64,000 bases of DNA, taken from Myxococcales bacterium (GTDB taxonomy: Bacteria; Myxococcota; UBA727; GCA-2721815). Positions within the stretch are counted from its first letter, which is position 1. Every line of letters begins with the position of its first letter. The notes below the pieces were generated by a model, which did not search any database, was not told the DNA's origin, and saw only the letters and a program-made list of their open reading frames with translations. This document shows, one piece after another, positions 1 through 8,647 of this stretch. The DNA is taken from assembly GCA_002721815.1 (NCBI GenBank), contig PBLQ01000021.1:65460-129459 (forward strand), given 5' to 3'. Position numbers and translations under genes: made by a program.

Positions 1-11
1 CGGTTACGGCG

Positions 12-1154
12 TTGGGCAAAATGTTGGACGATCGTGGTGTTTCTTTGGCGTTACGCATTCGTATCCCTCGCGTGCTCGAGCGTATTGGCACGCTTGAGGC
101 AGCCAATGCTTTACTCTTTTCTAACCCAGTGGATGATGCTGAATTGCAACAACGGATCGCTCTGCGTTTGTATCGCATGAGTAAGACATTACCAGATTTT
201 CAGGTGAGTAAGGAAAGAACCGACGAGGCCATCAGCCGTCGTCTAAAATCCTTTTCTTATTACCGTTACGCCTATCAAGCCTTAAACCGTGAGAGCCATC
301 CCGATTTTTCCTTGTTGCGTCGCGCCGTCACCTATCGAACGGTGGAGAACCTAAGAATTGTATTCGAGCTGCTTTCGTTGCACCGCGAACGCCAACGCAT
401 GATGGTGATATTCAGGCAGATCGTTGATGTGCGGGCACGCACCATGGGTCGGGTTCAAGATGCTTTGGAATTATTAGATGCAGCCTTGGTGGCGGATCCC
501 TTGCGCATGGAAATCTTTGAGGCACTCGAGGAGCCAGAGCACGAAACCAAACACCTTTCCCATTACGTCGACCGTTTGTGCGCGTCTAAAGATCCAGTGA
601 TTCGTGGTATTGCTCAGCAAACAGTGATTCAAGCAGGTCCCACTTCCGGTTTTTCATCGGAGGAATTTTTCAGCATGGAAGGCGACCCTCTGATAGAAGG
701 AAACGATATGCCAGAGAACATTATTGATCGTTTGTTTATTTTGGAAAATGTGGATCTGTTCGAGAACTTAGGTCCTGATGACCTCGCGGCCATTGCGCAG
801 ATTGCCGAAGAAAAAGAATATGAAGAAGGTGCGGTTATCTATACCCAGGGACAACCCGGAGACAATATGTTTGTCATCGTACAGGGCGAGGTGGTCCTAG
901 AGCGAGATGGGCAACCCATATTTAGGTTGGGAACAGGTGAGACCATTGGGCAAGTGTCTTTATTGGACCGAGGGACCCGCCCGGTGACCGCAAAAGTAGC
1001 CTCTGGAGGAGGCGCCCAGTTTTTGGTTTTGGAGCGAAAACCCTTTATGGATTTGGTCGCTGACAGACTCGGCATGATGAATGCCCTTTTTGATCTGTTG
1101 GGTCAGCGATTCAGGCTGCTTTTGGAGCGTGAGGCCAACGAGCGAAAACAATAA
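12..1154 (+). CDS. cyclic-nucleotide-binding domain protein (N-terminal helical/HEAT-like region + C-terminal cNMP-binding domain); probably 5'-partial, because the ORF starts with TTG at 12 and the frame stays open to position 1
   Basis: C-terminal region 'FENLGPDDL...GAVIYTQGQPGDNMFVIVQGEVVLE...GETIGQVSLL' matches the CAP/cNMP-binding beta-barrel pattern. No in-frame stop upstream within the window. Confidence 0.65.
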   Translation: MGKMLDDRGVSLALRIRIPRVLERIGTLEAANALLFSNPVDDAELQQRIALRLYRMSKTLPDFQVSKERTDEAISRRLKSFSYYRYAYQALNRESHPDFSLLRRAVTYRTVENLRIVFELLSLHRERQRMMVIFRQIVDVRARTMGRVQDALELLDAALVADPLRMEIFEALEEPEHETKHLSHYVDRLCASKDPVIRGIAQQTVIQAGPTSGFSSEEFFSMEGDPLIEGNDMPENIIDRLFILENVDLFENLGPDDLAAIAQIAEEKEYEEGAVIYTQGQPGDNMFVIVQGEVVLERDGQPIFRLGTGETIGQVSLLDRGTRPVTAKVASGGGAQFLVLERKPFMDLVADRLGMMNALFDLLGQRFRLLLEREANERKQ

Positions 1155-1229
1155 AAAATCCGAATAAAAAAAGCAGGTTACAGCGACTTAGGCTCTTAAA
1201 GAGAATGTGCTTGCATTCATTTTGCCAAT

Positions 1230-1916
1230 GTGGTGCCTTTAATAGAGCAGGTATTGAGGCTCAAGAGGTGCATTTTGGCAACTGCGCGCGAGACATTGGT
1301 AGAAGAGATTTTGGCACTGGTGGCGTCCAAGCCCGATAACATTGCCCAAGATATAGAAGACCTTCTCAAGCGCTACCGGGTCCAAACCAAACCAAGAACT
1401 GAAATCCCAGAAGGCATGACCGCTCGCGATGCGCTGGCGGATCGTCTGGTGGCCATGTGGCGACAAGGGGTACTTGGAGATGCCACACAGCTTGGTAACC
1501 TCATCGATACCTTTCGCATGCAGCACAAAAAGACGGGGGGGGGCTCCCAAAAATCTGCCCGTAAAAAGGTGCGGCCACGTGAAAGCATCATGTCTGAGCA
1601 GCTCAGTGCTGGTGAGTCGGCCCATGTGCCTGCCCCCAAACTCATCACTTCCGAGCAGACTCCGGAAGAAGGGGAGCGCTCCAGGGGGCCCATATCATCA
1701 CCCGTGGCAGGCGGCCCTCAAGTCAAAAAGAAGACCCGCAGCGAATGCCCCAAATGTCACAGCCAAGGCGTGGTATTGGCACGTTCCTACGCAGGGGACG
1801 ATTATTTTTCTTGTATCTATTGTGGTTGGCAAGGGTACAAACCGGTCGAAAAACCTGATTTCAGTGTACCGGTGGCCACCCAACTTTTGGGGCAAGAAGG
1901 CTCCGGAAACAAATAA
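1230..1916 (+). CDS. hypothetical protein with C-terminal CxxC...CxxC zinc-ribbon
   Basis: 228-aa ORF with helical N-terminus, disordered K/S/P-rich linker and C-terminal 'CPKCHSQG...CIYCGWQGY'. No family recognised. Confidence 0.45.
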   Translation: MVPLIEQVLRLKRCILATARETLVEEILALVASKPDNIAQDIEDLLKRYRVQTKPRTEIPEGMTARDALADRLVAMWRQGVLGDATQLGNLIDTFRMQHKKTGGGSQKSARKKVRPRESIMSEQLSAGESAHVPAPKLITSEQTPEEGERSRGPISSPVAGGPQVKKKTRSECPKCHSQGVVLARSYAGDDYFSCIYCGWQGYKPVEKPDFSVPVATQLLGQEGSGNK

Positions 1917-1929
1917 CGCCTAAAACAAT

Positions 1930-1975
1930 GCGACAATACGAATCAGGTTTTGATCGCATTGTCGCTTGTTGCTTT
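1930..1975. terminator. putative bidirectional hairpin between convergent genes
   Basis: 8-bp inverted repeat GCGACAAT/ATTGTCGC with about 20-nt loop, followed by a T-rich tract. Lies between the stop of the 1230..1916 ORF and the 3' end of the large lipoprotein gene. Confidence 0.3.
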
Positions 1976-2022
1976 GCCGAAATAGGGGACGTCTTCACCT
2001 GACGCCTGTTTGGCAGTTTGGA

Positions 2023-5000
2023 TTACTGTACTGCAATACTCAAATCGTAGTTGTTCTCACTTTGGCTGAAGCCAATAACGCGAACATAGTATGTCTGATA
2101 ACTTTCAGGCACCGTGTACGTGAGACTTTCATCATCATCCACCGAAATGGATTCGGCCACATTGCAAAGCCCGGTTTCGTCATCGATATAGCCGGGGCAT
2201 GCTGCCGCATCATCGGTGGTGAAAAGTGCTAAATCCACATCGTCTGCATAGAGATCGGTAAAGGTGTAAAGAACGTCGATGGCGATGGTGTCGTCTGCGC
2301 TCGGATTCAGCTTATACCAGTCTGCGTCTCCGCCACAGATTTGCATGTTATTCATCTGCACCGTCCATGGGGTTTCGGCACTGAGTGACACCGCTTTGGA
2401 GGACGTGTTGTTATTTGGGGTGTTGGTGGCGTCGCTAGAGCTGGTGAAGGAGTCGAACCGGTCGTTGACGCAGCCAGATGCGGAACGGTCAGCGAACTGG
2501 ATGTCCAAGCTGTACTGGGTATCCACATCGTTACTCCAGTTGAGCACGCGAACGGCGTAGGTCCCTTGGTCGTTCAAAAAGCCTGTGATGGTTTCACTGC
2601 CACCGACCACGGGATAGACGTAAAGCAGTTCATGGTCGCCGTAGAAGTTGGCATCGGTGACCTCGTGCACCGTGAGAATAATATCGCTGTCTGCCGTCTC
2701 AGTGGTGAAGTTAATGGTCACTTGCTTGGCCTCTGTTAATTCAAAAGTGTAGTAATCAAGCCATGAATCATCCACATCGGAGCAGATGGTCATATCACTA
2801 AAAGAGGCTTGGCCGCCCGCCACATCGCTGGCTTGAATGGAGGTGCCCTCTTCAAAGGAGTCGTTGGGCTCAGCTCCGTCGTCCACACAGCCAGTGCTGG
2901 TGATGGTGGAGGTCAAGGTGTAGGTCACCCGTGTTTCATTGGCGCCTGATACGCGGAGGTAATATGTACCGGCGGTGAGGGCAGTGTAGTTGAGGGTGTT
3001 GGTGGTGCCGTTGGCAGTACCACTTTGAATGACTGCGCTGGTGGCATCTACCAATGAAAGGCTCAGGTTGTCTGCGGAACCCTCAACGGTGACGGACAGC
3101 AAATCGTCCTGAGCTAAGTTGATGCTGTAGTAGTCATCATCACCGGTGCAGCGTACGCCTTCTACGGTGCTGTTGGACAATGGCTGTGCCGTTTCGGGGT
3201 TATCATTGGGTTCGTAATCGTCTTCTACACAATCGTTCAAAGAGGCGATTAAGGTGTAATTCACATAGTCTTCGTTGACCCCATTGGTGGTCAAGGTCAC
3301 GGTGTATGTCCCGGCCACGGCGCCCCATTCTGCGTGCTCATTGTCGGTGGTAGAGTCGGCTGCCGCCACCACTTGACCGTCTGCATTTTTAATTTCGATA
3401 TTGATGTCGGCTTGTTCATGACCGAAGGTCACATCCACTGAGACCGTGCCTTGTCCATCGACGGTTAACTCAAAAGTGTCAGTGTCATCGGTGCACACCA
3501 CGCCACCGTATGGGCTACCGTCTGCAGCAATGGCCACAGGCTCGGTGATATCGTCTTCAGAACAAGGGTCTGCTGATGGTTCTGGCGTTAATGTAACGGC
3601 GATGGTGTAAGACGCGTTGGTCTCACTGGAGCTGCCGCCAAAATCGTCCAGCACGGCAATGTGATAGGTGCCAGCCGCTAAGTCCGTTAAGTTGCTAATG
3701 GGTGCGGTGGAGCCAGCGGCCATGACCTGGTGGGTGACCGCATCGCCGGAAATGGTAATGACACTGACGGCGGCATCGTCCAACTCGTTGGCAGTGAAGG
3801 TGTAGTAGTCGATGTCTGGATCGGAGGGACCGAAGTCACACAGTGAGCCGGTAACGGCTGGCGCACCGGGGGTGATGGGCATGGCCAATAAAGCAGATCC
3901 GTTGGGCTCGGTGTCCACTTGGACACAGTTTTCTGCTTGGGTGCTGTCGGCCACCACTTTCAGTTGGTAAGTGGTGTCTTCATTTAGTTTACTGGTGACC
4001 AGCAAGTAATACATACCAGTGGCTTCCAAGTCACCCACAGTGATGGGGTTGCCTTTGACCACGTTTAAGAAGGTTTGGTCGCTGGGGCATGGAACGATCT
4101 CTTCCCCTGCAGTATTAATGGGACAGCCATTGGGGCCACGCAACTCCAGCTCCACTTGAGCGGTGGTGAGCAAGGCTTGTGCGTGAAGGTTGGTGCCGGC
4201 AGTCAGACTCAGGCGGTACCAGTCATCGTCTTCGCCACAGATGGAGCCTGCTCGATTTTGACCGTCTGGTGTGATCAACGTGCCGCCCGCGGAGGTATTG
4301 TTGGCCGTATCGTCCGCATCGATGGCCACACAGCTTTCTTCGCCATTGTCGATGATGGCGGTGAGTTGATAGGGCACGTCTGTGGTAAGGTTAACGCCGG
4401 CCACTTCGATGTAGTAGTCGCCGCTCAGAGAAGTTTGGGTCAGGGATAAACCGGTGTTGCTGTTACCACCGCTGGTCACCGGCGCGTGGTTGGCAGTATC
4501 GTCCAGCAATCTCAAGGTCAGCTGCCCGGCAGCCCGGTTAAAGGTGAGATGGATTTCCGCGGCGCCTTCAGCGCTGATTTTGAAGTAATCTGAGTTGCCA
4601 GGACAAATGGTGCCTGCGTGTGTGGTACCTGAGGCCAGTGCCGGTGTGGTACTGCTCATGGCATCGTTGTTGGGCTCAGTGGCGTCAGAATCGTTGCAGC
4701 CGGGAATGCACACAGAGGTTTGCAGGTTGCAGATGCCCGATGCACAGTGACTGTTTTCGTAGCACTCCACGCAGTTGCCATGGTTGTCACAGAACTGATC
4801 GCCACAGTCGGCATCTTCGCTACAGGCGGAGCCGGCCACACAAAAGCCCCCACTGCACACACCGGTTTCACAATGGCTGGTGGTCACACATTCAACGCAT
4901 TGCCCTTTGCTCAAATCACAAAAGCCGCCCGCGCAGTCATTGTCGCTGGCACAAGGGGCACTTTCCACGCAGGTGTTGGTGTTCGCGTTACAAACCAGCC

Positions 5001-5202
5001 CATCACCGCAATCGCTGTCGATCAGACAACTCACGCATTCGTTGGTACTGATGTTACAGCGGCCAGAAGTGCAGTCGGCATCCCCTTGGCATCCCGTTTC
5101 GGCAGGGTTTTCAGCGTCATCGCTCGGGCAGCCGGTGGTGAATGCCAGACCAAGAGCCAAAGTGCAGAAAAGGGCGGTGTGCGTGAACGGTTTCAAAAAC
5201 AT
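2023..5202 (-). CDS. large secreted lipoprotein: N-terminal Cys-rich repeats followed by about six pre-peptidase C-terminal (PPC)-like repeats
   Basis: Lipoprotein signal 'MFLKPFTHTALFCTLALGLAFTTGC'. Repeated Cx4-6C modules ('CTSGRCN..','CGDGLVCN..','CAGGFCD..'). Repeated blocks with 'EPNDS/EPND...DDDYYS..L..G.YYLRV' typical of PPC domains. AGGAG RBS upstream of ATG at 5202. Confidence 0.7.
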   Translation of the reverse strand: MFLKPFTHTALFCTLALGLAFTTGCPSDDAENPAETGCQGDADCTSGRCNISTNECVSCLIDSDCGDGLVCNANTNTCVESAPCASDNDCAGGFCDLSKGQCVECVTTSHCETGVCSGGFCVAGSACSEDADCGDQFCDNHGNCVECYENSHCASGICNLQTSVCIPGCNDSDATEPNNDAMSSTTPALASGTTHAGTICPGNSDYFKISAEGAAEIHLTFNRAAGQLTLRLLDDTANHAPVTSGGNSNTGLSLTQTSLSGDYYIEVAGVNLTTDVPYQLTAIIDNGEESCVAIDADDTANNTSAGGTLITPDGQNRAGSICGEDDDWYRLSLTAGTNLHAQALLTTAQVELELRGPNGCPINTAGEEIVPCPSDQTFLNVVKGNPITVGDLEATGMYYLLVTSKLNEDTTYQLKVVADSTQAENCVQVDTEPNGSALLAMPITPGAPAVTGSLCDFGPSDPDIDYYTFTANELDDAAVSVITISGDAVTHQVMAAGSTAPISNLTDLAAGTYHIAVLDDFGGSSSETNASYTIAVTLTPEPSADPCSEDDITEPVAIAADGSPYGGVVCTDDTDTFELTVDGQGTVSVDVTFGHEQADINIEIKNADGQVVAAADSTTDNEHAEWGAVAGTYTVTLTTNGVNEDYVNYTLIASLNDCVEDDYEPNDNPETAQPLSNSTVEGVRCTGDDDYYSINLAQDDLLSVTVEGSADNLSLSLVDATSAVIQSGTANGTTNTLNYTALTAGTYYLRVSGANETRVTYTLTSTITSTGCVDDGAEPNDSFEEGTSIQASDVAGGQASFSDMTICSDVDDSWLDYYTFELTEAKQVTINFTTETADSDIILTVHEVTDANFYGDHELLYVYPVVGGSETITGFLNDQGTYAVRVLNWSNDVDTQYSLDIQFADRSASGCVNDRFDSFTSSSDATNTPNNNTSSKAVSLSAETPWTVQMNNMQICGGDADWYKLNPSADDTIAIDVLYTFTDLYADDVDLALFTTDDAAACPGYIDDETGLCNVAESISVDDDESLTYTVPESYQTYYVRVIGFSQSENNYDLSIAVQ

Positions 5203-5295
5203 GAGTTTCTCCTAAATTCTATTCCAAAAACATAACCGGTATATAGGGAAATGTAGGATTCTTCCTTATATTACACGACATATAGAGTCCAGCCA

Positions 5296-6030
5296 TTAAA
5301 TTTGGCGGGTGCATGCGGTTATAAATGCCTCATACAGGGCTTTTTGGCAGGTGTCGGGCATGGCTTCCGGATGCCATTGAACCCCTAAGTAGAAGGAATA
5401 TAAAGGATCTTCGATGGCTTCCACCACCCCATCTGGGGCTGTTGCCGAGATGATAAGATCTCGTCCAGGGGCTTTGACTGCTTGGTGGTGGGTGCTGTTC
5501 ACTCCGATTTCACTTTCACCTGTAATTTTAGCTAGTTGAGAGTCAGGAAGGATGCTGACGCTGTGGCCTGGCAAATCTTTGGTTTGCGCCTGTTGGTGCT
5601 CCAAAACCGCCTCTTTTTGGGAGGGTAAATCTTGATACAGGGTTCCGCCCCGGCTCACATTCATGAGCTGCATGCCCCCGCAAATGCCGAGAATTGGGAT
5701 CTTTCGCGCTTCGGCCCTTTGGAGCAGGGCGCCCTCTGTGTTGGTTCTTTCCGGTACGATTTTGCCCAAGTTGGGATGCGGTGCTTCCCCAAAGAGACTG
5801 GGATCGATGTCGAAATCTCCACCGGAGAGGAGCAGGCCATCCACCGTGGCCACGGCCTGATCGAGGGTGGCTTCGTCATCGCTGTAGGGGAATAACCAAG
5901 GAATTCCACCGGCGTTCAAAACGGCTTGGGCATAGTTGTCGGTGAGGGTCACAGTTTTGACTGGGCCGCGCCGGGAAGGCAGGTCTTGGCAGTCGACAGA
6001 GACCAAGATTAGGGGCTTGGGTCGGTTCAT
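5296..6030 (-). CDS. class I glutamine amidotransferase / gamma-glutamyl-GABA hydrolase (peptidase C26, PuuD-like) family protein
   Basis: 'ILGICGGMQLMNV' nucleophile-elbow Cys and '..HHQAV..' His motif. Start moved to internal Met (MNRPKPLILV), which directly abuts the thiE stop codon. Confidence 0.7.
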   Translation of the reverse strand: MNRPKPLILVSVDCQDLPSRRGPVKTVTLTDNYAQAVLNAGGIPWLFPYSDDEATLDQAVATVDGLLLSGGDFDIDPSLFGEAPHPNLGKIVPERTNTEGALLQRAEARKIPILGICGGMQLMNVSRGGTLYQDLPSQKEAVLEHQQAQTKDLPGHSVSILPDSQLAKITGESEIGVNSTHHQAVKAPGRDLIISATAPDGVVEAIEDPLYSFYLGVQWHPEAMPDTCQKALYEAFITACTRQI

Positions 6031-6896
6031 TGGAGGCTCCCCGCCATTTGTTGACCCAACCAAAGGGCCAGGCCAAGACAAACGGCATTGCGTCGGGTGG
6101 ACCCCTTTTGTGCCAGAGCAGAGATGGTTGCGCCATAATCTGCCCCATTTTTACCCAAATCAAAGGCCCGTCCCATGGTGGTCAGCCCGCCAATGGCCAC
6201 CAAAGGTTTCGTGATCTCTTGTCGAACGAGGGCCAGTGTCTCCAGCCCCACCGGGGTGGCGTGTCCTTTTTTGGTGGGCGACGCGAAGATGGGGCCCAGG
6301 GCCACCAAAGAGACCGCATGATTGTCGTTGGCATCTCGCGCTTGTTGCTGGGCGTGGGTGGACAGCCCAACGTGGAGGTGGGGCCAACGGTCGTGGATGC
6401 GGCTGGGAGGTGCATCTTGTTGGCCCACATGAACCCCAAAGGCCCCGATTGCCGCCGCTATTTCGGCTTGGTCATTGATGATCAGCGGGACAGAAAACTT
6501 CGATAACAGCTCTTGGAGTTGGTTGGCGATGGTGATCATGTGTGAGTGGGAACATCCTTTGGCACGCATTTGCACAAGGGCCACACCGCCTTGGCACATG
6601 TCTTTGGCGAGCCCGGTGATGTGCCCAGATGTGGTGGCTGGGGTGACATCGATGATGCCGTACAAACCTTTGCGGGCAGGATGGGAGTCGCTTGGGGGCG
6701 TGAAAAATGATGTGAGCGTCTGTTGCAGCGCATGCGGTGTTTGCCATTGGCTTTGAGGGAGTAAATTGGAAGGAAAATGGGGCCTTTCTTCACGATTAAG
6801 GAAATGGTCATGAAGCCATGCGCCCAAATCAGTCGCGTCTGGGGCGGATAACCTCAATTTTTCGGCCAAAAACAGACTCAGGTTGGGTGCATCCAT
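6027..6896 (-). CDS. thiE: thiamine-phosphate synthase ThiE with about 80-aa N-terminal extension of unknown function
   Basis: 'GLYGIIDV...', 'GVHVGQQD', 'VGLSTH', 'IGGL' motifs of thiamine-phosphate pyrophosphorylase. The N-terminal 80 aa have no recognised motif. Confidence 0.75.
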   Translation of the reverse strand: MDAPNLSLFLAEKLRLSAPDATDLGAWLHDHFLNREERPHFPSNLLPQSQWQTPHALQQTLTSFFTPPSDSHPARKGLYGIIDVTPATTSGHITGLAKDMCQGGVALVQMRAKGCSHSHMITIANQLQELLSKFSVPLIINDQAEIAAAIGAFGVHVGQQDAPPSRIHDRWPHLHVGLSTHAQQQARDANDNHAVSLVALGPIFASPTKKGHATPVGLETLALVRQEITKPLVAIGGLTTMGRAFDLGKNGADYGATISALAQKGSTRRNAVCLGLALWLGQQMAGSLQ

Positions 6897-6952
6897 GCGT
6901 TTTTCCTTTTCGCAAAACTTTGTACCTCGCCCATTAAAAGTTAAAAGAGGGG

Positions 6953-8647
6953 GTGCCTATTCATTTTTTACCCAAACTTGGTTTTTTCGTTCTGCTTACA
7001 GGGGTTTTGAGTCTGTGGGGCTGTACCGCCAGTCAACAGAGCCAGCCCGCGCCCGTGGTGCCGACAAAACCGCTCACCCCCGAACAGGCATTGGTGGCTC
7101 AGGTCCCCATCCGCGGACCAGCAGATTTTGGGGTGGTATTTACCAGCGGGGTGCAGGGCAGTGTAAAACCCTGCGGATGTACCCAGAGGCCTTTGGGCGG
7201 TGTGTCTCGTTTGGCCACCGCGTTGAAGCATCTTCGCGCTCATTACGGGGACAACCTTTTGTTTTTGGATGCGGGGGACCTTCTTTTTGAAAAATCAAAG
7301 CCGAGGGCTGCGGTGGAGCAATGCCAAGACGAAGCCCGAATCGAATTACTGTTATCCACGTACAAAGATTTGGGTGTGGTTCAGACCGTACAGGGAAAAA
7401 GAGACACGGCAGCAGGGCTAGAGAAATACAAAAACTGGCTTGAAACCTTTCAAATCCACTATGCCGCAGACGCTATTGTGACCACACTGCAAAGGGTAGG
7501 CAAAAAAGAAATTGGGTTGTTGGCGTTACGCCCCGAAGGCGAATGGACCAGCCTGAAACCCAAAGTGGAACAAGCATTACACAACCTGTTACAGCAACAG
7601 ACTGATCACGTCGTTGTTTTGTCGCAACTTTCCTTGGAGAGCCTGAAGTCGATTTCATGGCCGAGCAAGGGTGTCGACGTCATTTTACAAGGGCATGACC
7701 CGGGTGAAGCACCGAAGCAGCCCGTGTCCCTTGGTGCGCAAGGGCCGTGGGTTTTGTTTAATGGGATTCAGGGTCAACACTTGGGCGTGGTGCATTTCTC
7801 TTGGCCGAACGGTGAAACCGATGAGCCACCTCAAGCGGACCTTAGTTTCTTTAACGTTGCAGCGGAGAAAAAAGTTTTGGCTATTCGCTTAGCGGGCATG
7901 GAGAAAAGACTGAAAGAAGCGACCAGCGATAAGCAGAAAATCTTCTTAAAAAAACGCATCAGTGACACTGCCTCGAAACTCCATGCTTTGGAGCATCAAA
8001 AAGCAGACCTGCCGCCCGAACCCGCCATGCGACTTTTTTCCTTTGCGCTTGTTCCAGAGATCACACCACACGAAGACGTAGAGATGGCGGTGGCCTCGTA
8101 CGAGCAGGCCATACCTGACTTGGTGGCCCAATGTGAGAAAGATGTGATCTGTGAGCCTGCAGAAGAAGGCGACGCCGTTTACGTCGGTGTACAAACGTGT
8201 GCAGCTTGTCATGATGCCGCCGTTAAACATTGGCGTCAAGCACTGCACCGTCGTTCCCCCATGGACGATACACCCGTGGGGCACTCACGGGCTTGGCTCA
8301 CTTTAGAAGAGATCAACAAAACCCGTGACCGGACCTGTGTGGGTTGTCACAGTGTGGGTTTCAATGAGCCGGGCGGGTATTGCAAAACCGATGAAGTGGG
8401 TTTTTTGGCGGATGTACAATGTGAGTCGTGCCATGGCGCTGGCAGTCTGCACAGTGTAACAGGCGATCCCAACTTTATCGATCGCGAGGTTCCAGAAAAT
8501 CATTGTCGGGGCTGTCATCATGTGCCGCACATTGAATCTTACGAATCCTTTAAATACGAAGAAAACCTCAAAATCATTTTGGGGCCAGGACACGGCGAGA
8601 AAAAGTGGCGACAGCTCATGGGCGATGCTGCTTTGACCCATGATTAA
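6953..8647 (+). CDS. tetraheme c-type cytochrome lipoprotein with degenerate 5'-nucleotidase/SoxB-like metallophosphatase N-domain
   Basis: Signal/lipobox 'LLTGVLSLWGC'. Four CxxCH motifs (CAACH, CVGCH, CESCH, CRGCH) in the C-terminal 170 aa. N-domain 'GGVSRLATALKHLRAHYGDNLLFLDAGDLLF' resembles the 5'-nucleotidase family, but the HTND/H metal-ligand positions are replaced ('VVFTSGVQG'). Confidence 0.65.
   Translation: MPIHFLPKLGFFVLLTGVLSLWGCTASQQSQPAPVVPTKPLTPEQALVAQVPIRGPADFGVVFTSGVQGSVKPCGCTQRPLGGVSRLATALKHLRAHYGDNLLFLDAGDLLFEKSKPRAAVEQCQDEARIELLLSTYKDLGVVQTVQGKRDTAAGLEKYKNWLETFQIHYAADAIVTTLQRVGKKEIGLLALRPEGEWTSLKPKVEQALHNLLQQQTDHVVVLSQLSLESLKSISWPSKGVDVILQGHDPGEAPKQPVSLGAQGPWVLFNGIQGQHLGVVHFSWPNGETDEPPQADLSFFNVAAEKKVLAIRLAGMEKRLKEATSDKQKIFLKKRISDTASKLHALEHQKADLPPEPAMRLFSFALVPEITPHEDVEMAVASYEQAIPDLVAQCEKDVICEPAEEGDAVYVGVQTCAACHDAAVKHWRQALHRRSPMDDTPVGHSRAWLTLEEINKTRDRTCVGCHSVGFNEPGGYCKTDEVGFLADVQCESCHGAGSLHSVTGDPNFIDREVPENHCRGCHHVPHIESYESFKYEENLKIILGPGHGEKKWRQLMGDAALTHD

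Noticed and set aside
1429-1923. Alternative 164-aa ORF overlapping the 228-aa zinc-ribbon gene
   Set aside because: It is in a different frame on the same strand. The 1230..1916 frame has the coherent Zn-ribbon and better amino-acid composition.
2023-5202. Considered Rhs/YD-repeat toxin or RTX adhesin for the 1059-aa ORF
   Set aside because: There are no YD or GGxGxD nonapeptide repeats and no C-terminal toxin domain. The repeats fit PPC-type domains plus Cys-rich modules instead.
4075-5235. Multiple 100-170-aa ORFs (for example 4075..4449, 4620..5051, 4720..5235, 4880..5215) on the plus strand
   Set aside because: They all lie antisense to or inside the 1059-aa lipoprotein gene, are Cys/His/Arg-rich translations of its repetitive GC-rich sequence, and lack RBS. 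They were treated as frame artefacts.
5632-6506. Overlapping ORFs on both strands across the GATase/thiE genes (5663..5860, 5694..5945, 5936..6214, 6030..6506 and so on)
   Set aside because: They are shadow ORFs within well-supported coding regions. Their translations are low-complexity Arg/Pro/Trp-rich.
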